Of a DNA stretch of 64,000 nucleotides, positions 10,435 to 20,470 are shown piece after piece. Source of the stretch: Candidatus Cloacimonadales bacterium. Lineage in GTDB: Bacteria; Cloacimonadota; Cloacimonadia; Cloacimonadales; JAFGVF01. The stretch spans positions 2,272,001-2,336,000 of the forward strand of contig OY759729.1 of assembly GCA_963662585.1 (NCBI GenBank), given 5' to 3'. The notes beneath the pieces are model-generated. The model had not been told where the DNA came from, did not search any database, and saw only the letters and a program-made list of their open reading frames with translations. Positions within the stretch are counted from its first letter, which is position 1. Every line of letters starts with the position of its first letter. A program made the translations under genes and the position numbers.

Positions 10435-11799
10435 ATGTTCAACGATTTATCAGATAGATTAGATAAAGTATTTAGAAATTTAAAAGGGAAAGGAAAATTA
10501 TCGGAAAAGAATATTAAAGATTCTCTTCGCGAAATCAGAATGGCCCTTTTAGAAGCTGATGTTAATTATAAGATTGTCAAAAACTTTGTTAAAGATATAG
10601 AAGAACAGTGTCTTGGACAAGAGGTAATGAAGTCTCTTACTCCAGGTCAACAAGTGGTTAAAATAGTTAACACTGAGCTAACAAAACTCATGGATACAGG
10701 TGGATTTGAAGTTAAACTCCATGATAATAAAATTAATAAGATTATGTTAGTTGGTCTGCAAGGTTCAGGTAAAACAACTGCTTGTTCAAAATTAGCTACT
10801 CATTTTAGAAAGCAGAAAAATATCTTCCCTGCTCTGGTTGCTTGTGATGTCTATCGTCCTGCAGCTATCCATCAATTAGAGGTTCTTGGAAAAGAGATAG
10901 GGATTCCAGTTCATTCAAATTTAGAAAGTAAAGATGTGGTAAAAATTGCTAAAGATGCCTTGGCAATAGCTAATCAAAAGAATCAGAACTTGGTTATTTT
11001 TGATACAGCAGGAAGACTTCATATCGATTCAGATATGATGGAAGAGGTTGAAAAACTTAAAGATTTCATAAAGCCTGATTATATCTTCTTTGTTGCTGAT
11101 GCTATGACTGGTCAAGATGCTGTTAATGTTGCTAAAGAATTCCATGCTAGATTAGACTTTTCTGGTGTAATCTTAACTAAATTAGATGGTGATTCTCGTG
11201 GTGGTGCAGCTCTCTCAATTAAAGCAATTACTAACAAGCCAATCGCTTTTGTAGGTGTTGGTGAAAGACCTAGTGATTTAGAAGTCTTCTATGCAGATAG
11301 AATGGCATCAAGAATTCTCGGAATGGGTGATGTTCTTACTCTTATCGAAAAAGCTGAAACTTCTATGAATGAAGAAGAAGCTGAAAAACTATCTAAGAAA
11401 CTTAAAAAGAATCAGTTTGATTTAGATGATTTTTTAAAACAACTTCAACAAATAAAAAAGATGGGTCCACTTGAAGGACTTCTCAAAATGATTCCTGGAA
11501 TGAATTCAAAAGCTCTAGAAGGGGCAAATCTCAATGGTAAAGAACTTACTCATGTTGAGGCTATTATTTATTCTATGACTGCTAAAGAACGCACTGATCC
11601 TAAAATTATTAATGGAAGCAGACGCCTAAGAATTGCTCAAGGATCTGGCAGAACTGTACAAGAAGTGAATAAGTTACTTAAACAATTTGACCAAATGAAA
11701 GATATGATTAAAAAGATGAATAATCCTAAAATGATGAAGAAAATGGCTAAAATGGGTGGACAAGGAATGCCTGAAATTCCTGGAATGCCTAAATTCTAG
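10435..11799 (+). CDS. ffh: Signal recognition particle protein
   Basis: GLQGSGKTT, DTAGRL, TKLDGDSRGG, Met-rich M domain. Confidence 0.98.
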   Translation: MFNDLSDRLDKVFRNLKGKGKLSEKNIKDSLREIRMALLEADVNYKIVKNFVKDIEEQCLGQEVMKSLTPGQQVVKIVNTELTKLMDTGGFEVKLHDNKINKIMLVGLQGSGKTTACSKLATHFRKQKNIFPALVACDVYRPAAIHQLEVLGKEIGIPVHSNLESKDVVKIAKDALAIANQKNQNLVIFDTAGRLHIDSDMMEEVEKLKDFIKPDYIFFVADAMTGQDAVNVAKEFHARLDFSGVILTKLDGDSRGGAALSIKAITNKPIAFVGVGERPSDLEVFYADRMASRILGMGDVLTLIEKAETSMNEEEAEKLSKKLKKNQFDLDDFLKQLQQIKKMGPLEGLLKMIPGMNSKALEGANLNGKELTHVEAIIYSMTAKERTDPKIINGSRRLRIAQGSGRTVQEVNKLLKQFDQMKDMIKKMNNPKMMKKMAKMGGQGMPEIPGMPKF

Positions 11800-11823
11800 T
11801 ATTTAGCTTAAATAAAGACTTAA

Positions 11824-11864
11824 GCCCTTGCTTACTTATAGATAGTAAACAAGGGTTTTTTTTT
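11824..11864 (+). terminator. Rho-independent terminator after ffh
   Basis: CCCTTG..TACT / AGTA..CAAGGG stem plus a 9-T run. Confidence 0.8.
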
Positions 11865-12048
11865 GCTTCACTTTCAAGTAGAGTGGGAACTAAATCTAAT
11901 AGTAAATCAAGAATCTTCAAAATCTTCTTAGCTGCAGAGGCAGCGGCACATCTAAGGCTTTTTGTGTCGCTCCTCTGCAGCTTAGATAATTGTTAGGCAT
12001 CTGTTATCTACAAAGATTTCGCTGCCTCTGCAGCTGGTAGAATGGTGC
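11865..12048 (+). repeat. Dispersed repeat family A, longest copy, with REP-like GCTGCAGAGGCAGC palindromes
   Basis: TCAAGTAGAGTGGGAACTAAATCTAATAGTAAATCAAGAA core recurs at 27391, 39073 (minus) and 44356 (minus). Confidence 0.85.
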
Positions 12049-12454
12049 CTTTTTTTTGCTTCTTGAACTTTATATTAGCTATGTCTCCTCATCCCTTTCT
12101 CCTTCTCACAGATCTTGAATAAATTCTGAATAATGATTGAATTGAGAGAGAATGAGGAGGGAAAGACAATTAATAATGAAAGGAGAGAATAGTATCAATG
12201 TATATATATTTTGGGTAGTATTTACTCAAAACTAAAAGAAAATCGGTATAAAATTATTTAAAACTTATAGAAAAGAATCCCAAATATAAATAAAAAAAGA
12301 TTTAAAAGTCTTGAAAAATATAAGAATAAAACACAATAAATCCCTAAATAAAAGGCTAAAGCGAGAAAAAGAAAATAATAGTACGATTTGTCTTGACACA
12401 ATTTATCGATAGTAAAATATCGTAACTAATAAAAAGATAATAACGGAGGAAAAG

Positions 12455-12856
12455 ATGGAGACATGTGTAATCAGGCTTAGAATGAGTCAAGCAGATGCCC
12501 ATTATGGAGGCAACTTAGTAGATGGAGCCAAGATGTTACAGTTGTTTGGCGATGTAGCAACAGAGTTGTTGATAAGAAATGATGGAGACGAAGGCTTATT
12601 TGCTGGATACGATTCAACTCAGTTTTTAGCACCGGTTTATGCCGGCGATTATATTGAAGCATGTGGCAAGATTGTCAGTGTAGGAAACTCTTCACGCAGA
12701 ATGGAGTTTGAAGCTCGCAAGGTAATAGTTTCAAAGCCAGATATTAGTGATTCTGCTGCTGAAATATTAGAGCAACCCATTGTAGTATGTAGGGCTGTGG
12801 GAACTTGTGTAGTACCAAAAGATAAACAAAGATTTAAAAACAAGCAAAGTGCTTAG
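12455..12856 (+). CDS. kal: 3-aminobutyryl-CoA ammonia-lyase (hotdog fold)
   Basis: [40 protein letters not shown] signature; upstream of crotonyl-CoA genes. Confidence 0.92.
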   Translation: METCVIRLRMSQADAHYGGNLVDGAKMLQLFGDVATELLIRNDGDEGLFAGYDSTQFLAPVYAGDYIEACGKIVSVGNSSRRMEFEARKVIVSKPDISDSAAEILEQPIVVCRAVGTCVVPKDKQRFKNKQSA

Positions 12857-12864
12857 GAAGTCTT

Positions 12865-13629
12865 ATGAATAGCGTCTTATTTGAAAAGAGAGATAAAATC
12901 GGGCAGATTATTATTAATCGTCCTGAGTCCTTGAATGCTTTAAACTCTTCTGTATTAATAGCCTTGAATGAAGTGTTGGCAGAAATTGAACAAGATGAAG
13001 AATTACGCGTGGTAATTATTACTGGCAGTGGTCGTTCATTTGTTGCAGGAGCTGATATAAAAGAGATGCAAGCTTATGATTCTCTAGAAGCAAGAAAATA
13101 TGCAGAATTAGGTTTAAGTACCATGCAAAGGGTTGAAGATTTAAAAATCCCAGTCATAGCGAGTGTAAATGGCTTCGCTTTAGGTGGGGGATGTGAACTA
13201 GCTCTTGCCTGTGAAATAAGATATGCTTCAGATAAGGCTAAATTTGGGCAACCAGAAGTTGGCTTAGGTATTACTCCTGGATTTGGTGGCACTCAACGCT
13301 TACCAAGATTAGTAGGTTTAGCCAATGCTAAAGAGCTGATTTATACAGGTAAAGTAATTGATGCCCAGGAAGCTTTAAGAATCGGATTAGTTAATAAAGT
13401 ATTTTCAGCTGAGACTTTAGAAGAAGAGACCATGAAGTTAGCTCAAGATATCGCAAAACAATCAACTACTGCTGTAAGATATGCCAAAATCTCTATTAAT
13501 AGAGGTTTTGATACAACTTTAGCAAATTCATTTGAATATGAAAAGAATCTATTTTCACTCTGCTTTTCTACAGAAGATCAGAAAGCAGGTATGCTTGCTT
13601 TTGTAGAGAAGAGAAAAGCCCAGTTTTAG
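12865..13629 (+). CDS. crt: Crotonase / enoyl-CoA hydratase
   Basis: [39 protein letters not shown]. Confidence 0.93.
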   Translation: MNSVLFEKRDKIGQIIINRPESLNALNSSVLIALNEVLAEIEQDEELRVVIITGSGRSFVAGADIKEMQAYDSLEARKYAELGLSTMQRVEDLKIPVIASVNGFALGGGCELALACEIRYASDKAKFGQPEVGLGITPGFGGTQRLPRLVGLANAKELIYTGKVIDAQEALRIGLVNKVFSAETLEEETMKLAQDIAKQSTTAVRYAKISINRGFDTTLANSFEYEKNLFSLCFSTEDQKAGMLAFVEKRKAQF

Positions 13630-13637
13630 GAGAAACC

Positions 13638-14492
13638 ATGAAGATAGGAATTATTGGTGCCGGAACAATGGGATCCGGAATTGCTCAAGTATTTGCCATG
13701 CAAAATCATACTGTATTATTAAATGATTTAGAAGATAGTAGCTTAAACAAAGCTGTTAAAACAATAGAAAAAAGTTTAGATAGATTAGTAATGAAAGAGA
13801 AGATTGATGAAGCCAAGAAAGGGGAAGCTCTTTCTCACATTACTACAAGTGCTAACTTAGAAGACTTTTCTGATTTAGATTTAGTTATAGAGGCTGTTGC
13901 TGAAAAAATGGAAGTTAAAAAATCTTTGTTCAGCAAGCTTGATGTAATTTGTGGGAAAGAAACTATTTTCGCCACAAACACATCTTCATTATCAATTACC
14001 GATATAGCAAGTTCTACTCAAAGACCAGACAGAGTTATCGGAATGCATTTCTTTAATCCTGTTCCTCTTATGAAATTAGTTGAGATTATTAAAGGCTTAG
14101 CAACTTCACATGAGACTGTTATGAAGGTTAAAGAACTAACTAAAAATATTGAAAAAGAGCCAGTAGAAGTTAATGAAATGCCTGGTTTTGTGGTTAATAG
14201 AGTCTTAATCCCTATGATAAATGAAGCAATTGGTATTTTAGCAGATGATGTAGCTTCCGCTGAAGACATAGACAATGCTATGAAGTTAGGTGCTAATCAT
14301 CCAATCGGTCCATTAGCCTTGGCTGACTTAATTGGTAATGATGTCAATTTAGCTATCATGGATACTCTCTATGCAGAATTCGGTGACCCAAAATATAGAC
14401 CACATCCTTTATTAAAAAAATATGTTAAAGCAGGATTGTTAGGTAGAAAAAGCGGTAAAGGATTCTACGATTATACTAAAAAAGTAAGCTAG
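13638..14492 (+). CDS. hbd: 3-hydroxybutyryl-CoA dehydrogenase
   Basis: [35 protein letters not shown]. Confidence 0.95.
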   Translation: MKIGIIGAGTMGSGIAQVFAMQNHTVLLNDLEDSSLNKAVKTIEKSLDRLVMKEKIDEAKKGEALSHITTSANLEDFSDLDLVIEAVAEKMEVKKSLFSKLDVICGKETIFATNTSSLSITDIASSTQRPDRVIGMHFFNPVPLMKLVEIIKGLATSHETVMKVKELTKNIEKEPVEVNEMPGFVVNRVLIPMINEAIGILADDVASAEDIDNAMKLGANHPIGPLALADLIGNDVNLAIMDTLYAEFGDPKYRPHPLLKKYVKAGLLGRKSGKGFYDYTKKVS

Positions 14493-14563
14493 GACAAGTT
14501 TTGAATTCAGAATTTAGAAGATGATAAGTTAAATAATAATAGATAAGGACATGAGGTAAAAAG

Positions 14564-15703
14564 ATGGAATTTACATTTGCTAAGGAGTATGAAGTATGCC
14601 GAAGCATGTTTAGAGAGTTCGCTCAGAACGAAGTAAAACCTTTGGCTGAGGAAGTTGATGAAGAAGAAAGATTCCCGCTTGAGACAGTTAAAAAGATGGC
14701 TGCCTGTGGGATGATGGGTATTCCTATTCCCAAAGAGTATGGTGGAGAAGGTGCAGACACTTTAACCTATATTACAGCAGTAGAAGAGTTATCTAAAGTA
14801 TGTGGTACAACAGGAGTAATTCTTTCTGCTCACACATCTCTTTGTGCGGTTCCTATCTTAGAATATGGTACTGAAGAACAGAAACAGAAATACTTAGTTC
14901 CACTTGCTAAAGGTGAAAAGATTGGAGCCTTCGCATTAACAGAAGCAAATGCTGGTACAGACGCTGCAGCTCAACAAACAATTGCTGAAGATTGCGGTGA
15001 TTATTATCTTATGAATGGAAGTAAAATATTCATCACTAATGCCGGATATGCTGATATCTTTATTATCATGGCTATGACAGACAAGAAAGCAGGAACTCGT
15101 GGTATTTCCGCCTTTATTCTAGAAAAAGGAATGTTAGGTTTTAGTATAGGAAAACATGAAAAAAAGATGGGAATCAGAGGTTCTTCAACCTGTGAGTTAA
15201 TCTTTGAAGATGTTAAGGTTCCTAAAGAAAATATGTTAGGCAAAATAGGAAAAGGTTTTGGACTTGCTATGAAAACCCTTGATGGTGGAAGAATTGGTAT
15301 TGCTGCTCAAGCACTTGGCTTAGCACAAGGTGCACTTGACGAGACTATCTCCTACACAATGGAAAGGAAACAATTTGGTAGAGCAATAGCAAAATTCCAA
15401 AATACTCAATTCCAAATAGCTGACATGCACTGCAAAACAGAAGCTGCACGAAATCTAGTTTATAAAGCAGCTTGGAAAAAAGATCAAAAACAAGCCTATT
15501 CTTTAGATGCTGCTATGGCAAAATTATTTGCTGCTGAAGTAGCAATGGAAGTAACAACCAAAGCTGTTCAACTTCATGGTGGCTATGGATATACTAGAGA
15601 ATATAGCGTGGAAAGAATGATGCGTGATGCTAAAATCACTGAAATATATGAAGGAACTTCAGAAGTTCAAAAAATGGTTATTGCTGGTTCAATTCTAAGG
15701 TAA
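14564..15703 (+). CDS. bcd: Butyryl-CoA dehydrogenase
   Basis: FALTEANAGTDA, GGRIGIAAQA, HGGYGY, IYEGTSEVQ; followed by etfBA. Confidence 0.92.
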   Translation: MEFTFAKEYEVCRSMFREFAQNEVKPLAEEVDEEERFPLETVKKMAACGMMGIPIPKEYGGEGADTLTYITAVEELSKVCGTTGVILSAHTSLCAVPILEYGTEEQKQKYLVPLAKGEKIGAFALTEANAGTDAAAQQTIAEDCGDYYLMNGSKIFITNAGYADIFIIMAMTDKKAGTRGISAFILEKGMLGFSIGKHEKKMGIRGSSTCELIFEDVKVPKENMLGKIGKGFGLAMKTLDGGRIGIAAQALGLAQGALDETISYTMERKQFGRAIAKFQNTQFQIADMHCKTEAARNLVYKAAWKKDQKQAYSLDAAMAKLFAAEVAMEVTTKAVQLHGGYGYTREYSVERMMRDAKITEIYEGTSEVQKMVIAGSILR

Positions 15704-15716
15704 AAAAGGAGAGGAA

Positions 15717-16502
15717 ATGAAAATAGTAGTATGTATTAAACAAGTTCCTAACACTAATGAAATTAGGATTGACCCAATAAAAGGTACTTTGATTAGAGAT
15801 GGGGTTGATAGCATTATGAACCCTGATGATAAAGCAGGATTAGAGACTGCTCTCGAGCTTAAAGATAATAATCCTGATACTACAATAACTGTTATTACAA
15901 TGGGTCCTCAACAGGCAACTGCTGTTCTTAGAGAAGCTATTGCTATGGGTGCAGATGATGCAGTTCTTTTAACAGATAGAACTTTTGCAGGTGCTGATAC
16001 TTGGGCAACTTCTTTAACCATTGCTAATGCAATAAGAAAAATTGGTTTTGATCTCATAGTATGTGGTCGTCAAGCAATTGATGGTGATACTGCCCAAGTT
16101 GGTCCTCAAATTGCTGAACATCTAAGTATTCCACATGTTAGTTATGTCTCTGCAGTAGAGCATAAAGGTGATTATCTCATAGTGAAAAGAGAATTTGAAG
16201 ACTTCTATCAAAGAATTAAAGTTCCTACTCCTTGCTTAATTACAGCTTTATCAAGTATGAATAAACCTCGCTATATGAGAGTGGGAAGAATCTTCGATGC
16301 CTATAGGAATTTAGAAATTAAGACTATGGGACAAGTAGATATTAATGTAGATGCTGAAGAACTTGGCTTAAAAGGTTCTCCAACAAAAGTTAGAAAAACT
16401 GAAACAAAACAGGCTAAGAAGAGTGGAGTAGTACTAGAATTAGATGCTAAGGATAGTGCTGAAAAAATTATCAAAACCTTAGCTGAAAAATATATTATCT
16501 AA
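15717..16502 (+). CDS. etfB: Electron transfer flavoprotein beta subunit
   Basis: VCIKQVP, MNPDD, GADTWAT, GRQAIDGDTAQVGP. Confidence 0.95.
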   Translation: MKIVVCIKQVPNTNEIRIDPIKGTLIRDGVDSIMNPDDKAGLETALELKDNNPDTTITVITMGPQQATAVLREAIAMGADDAVLLTDRTFAGADTWATSLTIANAIRKIGFDLIVCGRQAIDGDTAQVGPQIAEHLSIPHVSYVSAVEHKGDYLIVKREFEDFYQRIKVPTPCLITALSSMNKPRYMRVGRIFDAYRNLEIKTMGQVDINVDAEELGLKGSPTKVRKTETKQAKKSGVVLELDAKDSAEKIIKTLAEKYII

Positions 16503-16514
16503 GGGGACTGAATC

Positions 16515-17537
16515 ATGAATAACGAATTAATCAAAAAAGTAATGGTATTTGTTGAAACAAGAAATGATGTGATTCAGACTGTTGGATTAGAGTTGATTGG
16601 TAAAGCTCGAGACTTAGCTGATGTACAAAATGGTCAAGTTATTGCTGTTGTTCTTGGGGATAAAATTAGTGAACAAGATGCTCAAGACTTAATAATCCAT
16701 GGTGCAGACCAAGCGATTATCGCAAATCATAAATTATTAAAGACCTATATGAATGAACCTTATACTCAAGTCTTAGTTAATATTATGCAAGATGTTAAAC
16801 CTGATTCTGCCTTGTTTGGAGCTTCTACTATTGGTAGAGATTTAGCTCCAAGAGTGTCAGCTAGACTTCATACTGGCTTAACTGCTGACTGTACTGGCTT
16901 AGAAATTGATGAAGTGAGTGGTTTATTACTTATGACAAGACCTGCCTTTGGGGGAAACCTCTTTGCTACTATTATCTGTCCAGATCATAAACCACAAATG
17001 GCTTCTGTAAGACCAGGAGTGATGCAGAAAAAAGAAAAAGATGATTCTCGCCAAGGTCAAATAACTTTTTTGGATATTGAATTGGATAGTTCTGCTCTCA
17101 CTTATGAAGTCTTAGAAGAAGTAGCAATAGTTAAGACTAAAAAGAACATCGAAGATGCTAATATTTTAGTTTCAGCTGGTAGAGGAGTTGGTAATCCTGC
17201 TAATTTTAATAAACTTCATGATTTAGCTAATAGCTTAGGCGCTGCCATCTCAGGCTCAAGAGCTGTGGTTGATGCAGGTTGGATTGATCATGCTCAACAA
17301 GTGGGACAGACAGGAAAAACAGTCCGCCCTGAAGTGTATTTCGCACTGGGAATCTCAGGTGCTATTCAGCATATTGCTGGAATGGAAGAGTCTGAATTGA
17401 TTATCGCTATTAACAAAAACCCTGAAGCCCCAATCTTTGAAGTTGCTGATTTAGGACTTGTGGGTGATGTTAACCAAATTATTCCTGAATTAGTCAAAGC
17501 TCTTAATAACCTTAAAGAATTAAAGAAAAATAATTAG
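16515..17537 (+). CDS. etfA: Electron transfer flavoprotein alpha subunit
   Basis: GLTADCT, RPAFGGN, QVGQTGKTV, GISGAIQH. Confidence 0.95.
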   Translation: MNNELIKKVMVFVETRNDVIQTVGLELIGKARDLADVQNGQVIAVVLGDKISEQDAQDLIIHGADQAIIANHKLLKTYMNEPYTQVLVNIMQDVKPDSALFGASTIGRDLAPRVSARLHTGLTADCTGLEIDEVSGLLLMTRPAFGGNLFATIICPDHKPQMASVRPGVMQKKEKDDSRQGQITFLDIELDSSALTYEVLEEVAIVKTKKNIEDANILVSAGRGVGNPANFNKLHDLANSLGAAISGSRAVVDAGWIDHAQQVGQTGKTVRPEVYFALGISGAIQHIAGMEESELIIAINKNPEAPIFEVADLGLVGDVNQIIPELVKALNNLKELKKNN

Positions 17538-17563
17538 ATCCTGATACATATAACATATAACTA

Positions 17564-17596
17564 GGGGAGATTCACATTAGTGGGTTTCCCTTTTTT
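17564..17596 (+). terminator. Terminator after etfA
   Basis: GGGAGATTCAC/GTGGGTTTCCC stem plus T run. Confidence 0.7.
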
Positions 17597-17764
17597 AAAC
17601 CAGATAGTGTAGTTGAACTTTGTTGAAGAGTGCAGATTATTCTAGCAAAATAACTTACAGGATTTTGACGCATATAATATATATATTCGGAGAAATTATG
17701 GAAGTTACTTTTGTAGAACAATATAGTGCTAATCACAGAGGTCTACTGCACTGGCTGGGTTTAA
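17595..17764. mobile_element. MITE-like element, family B, copy 1
   Basis: About 28 bp imperfect terminal inverted repeats; interior homologous, in reverse orientation, to 36043-36213. Confidence 0.65.
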
Positions 17765-17771
17765 TACTCAA

Positions 17772-18431
17772 TTAATATCTTCCAATATCCTCTCTAACAC
17801 CAAAGTGGACTCTTGCTTTATATAGCTTTTCAACTTCTTCTTTATCCATAACTTGATAAGTGCCTAATTGCTTTAAATTAAAGAATATTTTGGCAAAATG
17901 CTCGAGAGTTTCCATACGATAATAAGCAGTCTCAACATCTCTTCCAAGAGTCAAAACTCCATGCTTCTCCAATAAAAAAGCTTCATAACTCTTAACATAT
18001 TTTTTAATATTATTAGGAAGAGAATCTGTGCCTGGAGTTCCATATTCCACTAAAGGAATTTTGCCAATAGAAACAATAACTTCTACTAAAATTGGTTCAT
18101 CTAGCGGGATTCCAGCAACTGCTAGAGTGGTTCCATATACAGGATGAGCATGGAATATACCATTAATATCGCTTCTCTCTTGATATACCATAATATGCAT
18201 TCTTATCTCTGATGAAGCTCTTCCTGATCCTTCTAAAATATTACCCTGCATATCACATAGTAAAATATCATCGTAAGTAAGATAACCCTTAGATTTTCCT
18301 GAAGCTGTAATTAAAAACTTGCTATCATCAAGCCTGATACTAATATTTCCATCATTAGAAGCAACAAAACCTCTATCATAAGCCCTTTTACCTAACTCTA
18401 TTATTCTATCTTTTTCTTCTTTGTAATTCAT
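17772..18431 (-). CDS. Class II aldolase/adducin family protein (fuculose-phosphate aldolase-like)
   Basis: DGNISIR, ITASG.SKG, SSEIRMH, FHAHP, LEKHGV. ATG at 18431 has a GGAGG RBS (track start 18542). Confidence 0.85.
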   Translation of the reverse strand: MNYKEEKDRIIELGKRAYDRGFVASNDGNISIRLDDSKFLITASGKSKGYLTYDDILLCDMQGNILEGSGRASSEIRMHIMVYQERSDINGIFHAHPVYGTTLAVAGIPLDEPILVEVIVSIGKIPLVEYGTPGTDSLPNNIKKYVKSYEAFLLEKHGVLTLGRDVETAYYRMETLEHFAKIFFNLKQLGTYQVMDKEEVEKLYKARVHFGVREDIGRY

Positions 18432-18828
18432 ATTATCCTCCATAGCGAAGATGGTTAGCAGGGGAATTTTGTCAAAGAAAATATCCCTGGATTGATAGAT
18501 TCTTTGTTTGAGAATGTTCAAATAACTTTTAAAACTAGCCACATTATCACACTTCTTAGAGAAAAAGCAGGAGACCGTTCAAATTAAGTTATTAAAAGCA
18601 GACTATGCCGTATATTAAAAATAGTTATTGACAAGTTGCTTCAAATATAATTAAATTAATTAAATAAATATTAGTATTCATAATTAACTTTGGATATCTA
18701 TTGAAAGTCAATAATAGATTCGAGAATTACATTCTGAGGATATTATTAATAACGAGTTGGAATGAACACAAACATCTGTAACTTAACTTTTTTCATAGAT
18801 CCTGGGGGAGGGAAAAATAAATAAAATT

Positions 18829-20457
18829 ATGTTTAAAGCAATGATATCAACAGTATTATTTCTATTTATTGGTATGCATGAATGTTATGCACAAGCATCA
18901 TTACAGGAAATCGTTAGATTCAATATCCCTATAGGCGAAAAATTTTGTTCTCACGTTGAGGCTGGTGGAGATATTAATGGAGATGGAAGACCTGATCTGG
19001 TATTCAGTTGTATTGATGAATTAAATTATTCAAATGCTCCCGTGTATATATATTATAGTGTACCGGATAGCAGTGCAGTGCCAGACCAAATACTAACTTC
19101 TCCATATCCTAATGAGGGAGGTTTTGGCTATAGCCTTGCTTACAAGGGAGATCTCAATGGGGATGGAATAAGTGATCTGACAATTGGATATGCAAACTAT
19201 GATTACAGACATGCCGGAGCAGTTCTGATCTATTACGGAGGAAGTCAACCATTTACTGAACCGGATGTTTTTATAAGTGGTGTCGGATTAGGTGAAACAC
19301 ATAGCTGGGATCTATTTTTTAGCGAAGATCTGATTACTGATTGTGATTTAAATGGTGATAGTATCAATGACCTCTTAGTATATGCTCCCGGACCTCAATA
19401 TGAGAATTGGGGTAATGTATATGCATTTTTAGGTGGAGAAACGTTCAATACAACTCCAACTTTGCACATCAGAGGTAGTGAATATGAAGAATATCTAGGT
19501 ATTAATATGAAAGTAGGTGACATAAACGGGGATGGTTATGACGAGATTGTACTCACAAATCGCACCCCGGTTAATCAAGAACAACCATGGGGACCATTTA
19601 ATTACTCGTTAAAGATATATCTGGGTGGGGATAATTTATCTGATATACCAATATATAATATACTACTAGGTAGTTCTCCTGATTTTGGACTTGCAGGAAT
19701 TATCGCCAATGGCGACCTGAATGGCGATGGATTTGATGATATTTTACTTTCTTGTGCAGACCTGAATGACCAATTGTTTAAGATTATCTATGGACAGAGT
19801 AATTTGGCTGAAATGGAACTAGTAGACTTATACTTACCAGAATTGATGTATGGTAGTGTTTTGTCCTATTGTAATTTAGATAATGATGATTATTCAGATT
19901 TCACCTTTCTTACTACAAAAATGTCCAATGATATTAATGATTTCTGGAGATTCTCGGTTTATAAGCAAGAATCGGAACAATTTGATATTCAATGGGATTA
20001 TCTAAATTCAGGATATGAAATAGATACAGGTTACGGATTGGGATACCCACTTAACGACATTACTGAAGATGGCTTTACTGACTTTTTTGTAAGATCTAGA
20101 ACTACATTCAATCCACCTATGCAAGCTTATGGAACAATCTTATCTGAAAATTATGTAAGTAATTCCGACGAACAAATCCAATCAGTAGTTAGAAATATTC
20201 TGTGTTACCCCAATCCTTTTCGGACTGGAGTTAATATAAGTTTATTAGATCCAGATAAATCTATACAATTAGCCTCGATAAATATCTATAATATTAAGGG
20301 TCAATTAGTGTATAATGGGGATATTCAGGAAGGGAAACAAATTCATTGGAACGGATTGGATAACCATGGCAATCAAGTTAGTTCAGGAATATACCTGATT
20401 AAAGCAACCGATAAAAAAAGTAACAGTTACACTACAAAAGTAGTGAATATAAAATAA
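18829..20457 (+). CDS. Secreted FG-GAP (integrin-like propeller) repeat protein with FlgD/T9SS-like CTD
   Basis: Repeated GD(I/L)NGDG..D motifs, signal peptide, YPNPF...IYNIKGQLV...WNG...SSGIY tail. Confidence 0.85.
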   Translation: MFKAMISTVLFLFIGMHECYAQASLQEIVRFNIPIGEKFCSHVEAGGDINGDGRPDLVFSCIDELNYSNAPVYIYYSVPDSSAVPDQILTSPYPNEGGFGYSLAYKGDLNGDGISDLTIGYANYDYRHAGAVLIYYGGSQPFTEPDVFISGVGLGETHSWDLFFSEDLITDCDLNGDSINDLLVYAPGPQYENWGNVYAFLGGETFNTTPTLHIRGSEYEEYLGINMKVGDINGDGYDEIVLTNRTPVNQEQPWGPFNYSLKIYLGGDNLSDIPIYNILLGSSPDFGLAGIIANGDLNGDGFDDILLSCADLNDQLFKIIYGQSNLAEMELVDLYLPELMYGSVLSYCNLDNDDYSDFTFLTTKMSNDINDFWRFSVYKQESEQFDIQWDYLNSGYEIDTGYGLGYPLNDITEDGFTDFFVRSRTTFNPPMQAYGTILSENYVSNSDEQIQSVVRNILCYPNPFRTGVNISLLDPDKSIQLASINIYNIKGQLVYNGDIQEGKQIHWNGLDNHGNQVSSGIYLIKATDKKSNSYTTKVVNIK

Positions 20458-20470
20458 AATGGAGGAAAAC

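Noticed and set aside
12050..12454. Lysine riboswitch upstream of kal
   Set aside because: No recognisable L-box core; AT-rich with only a weak imperfect hairpin.
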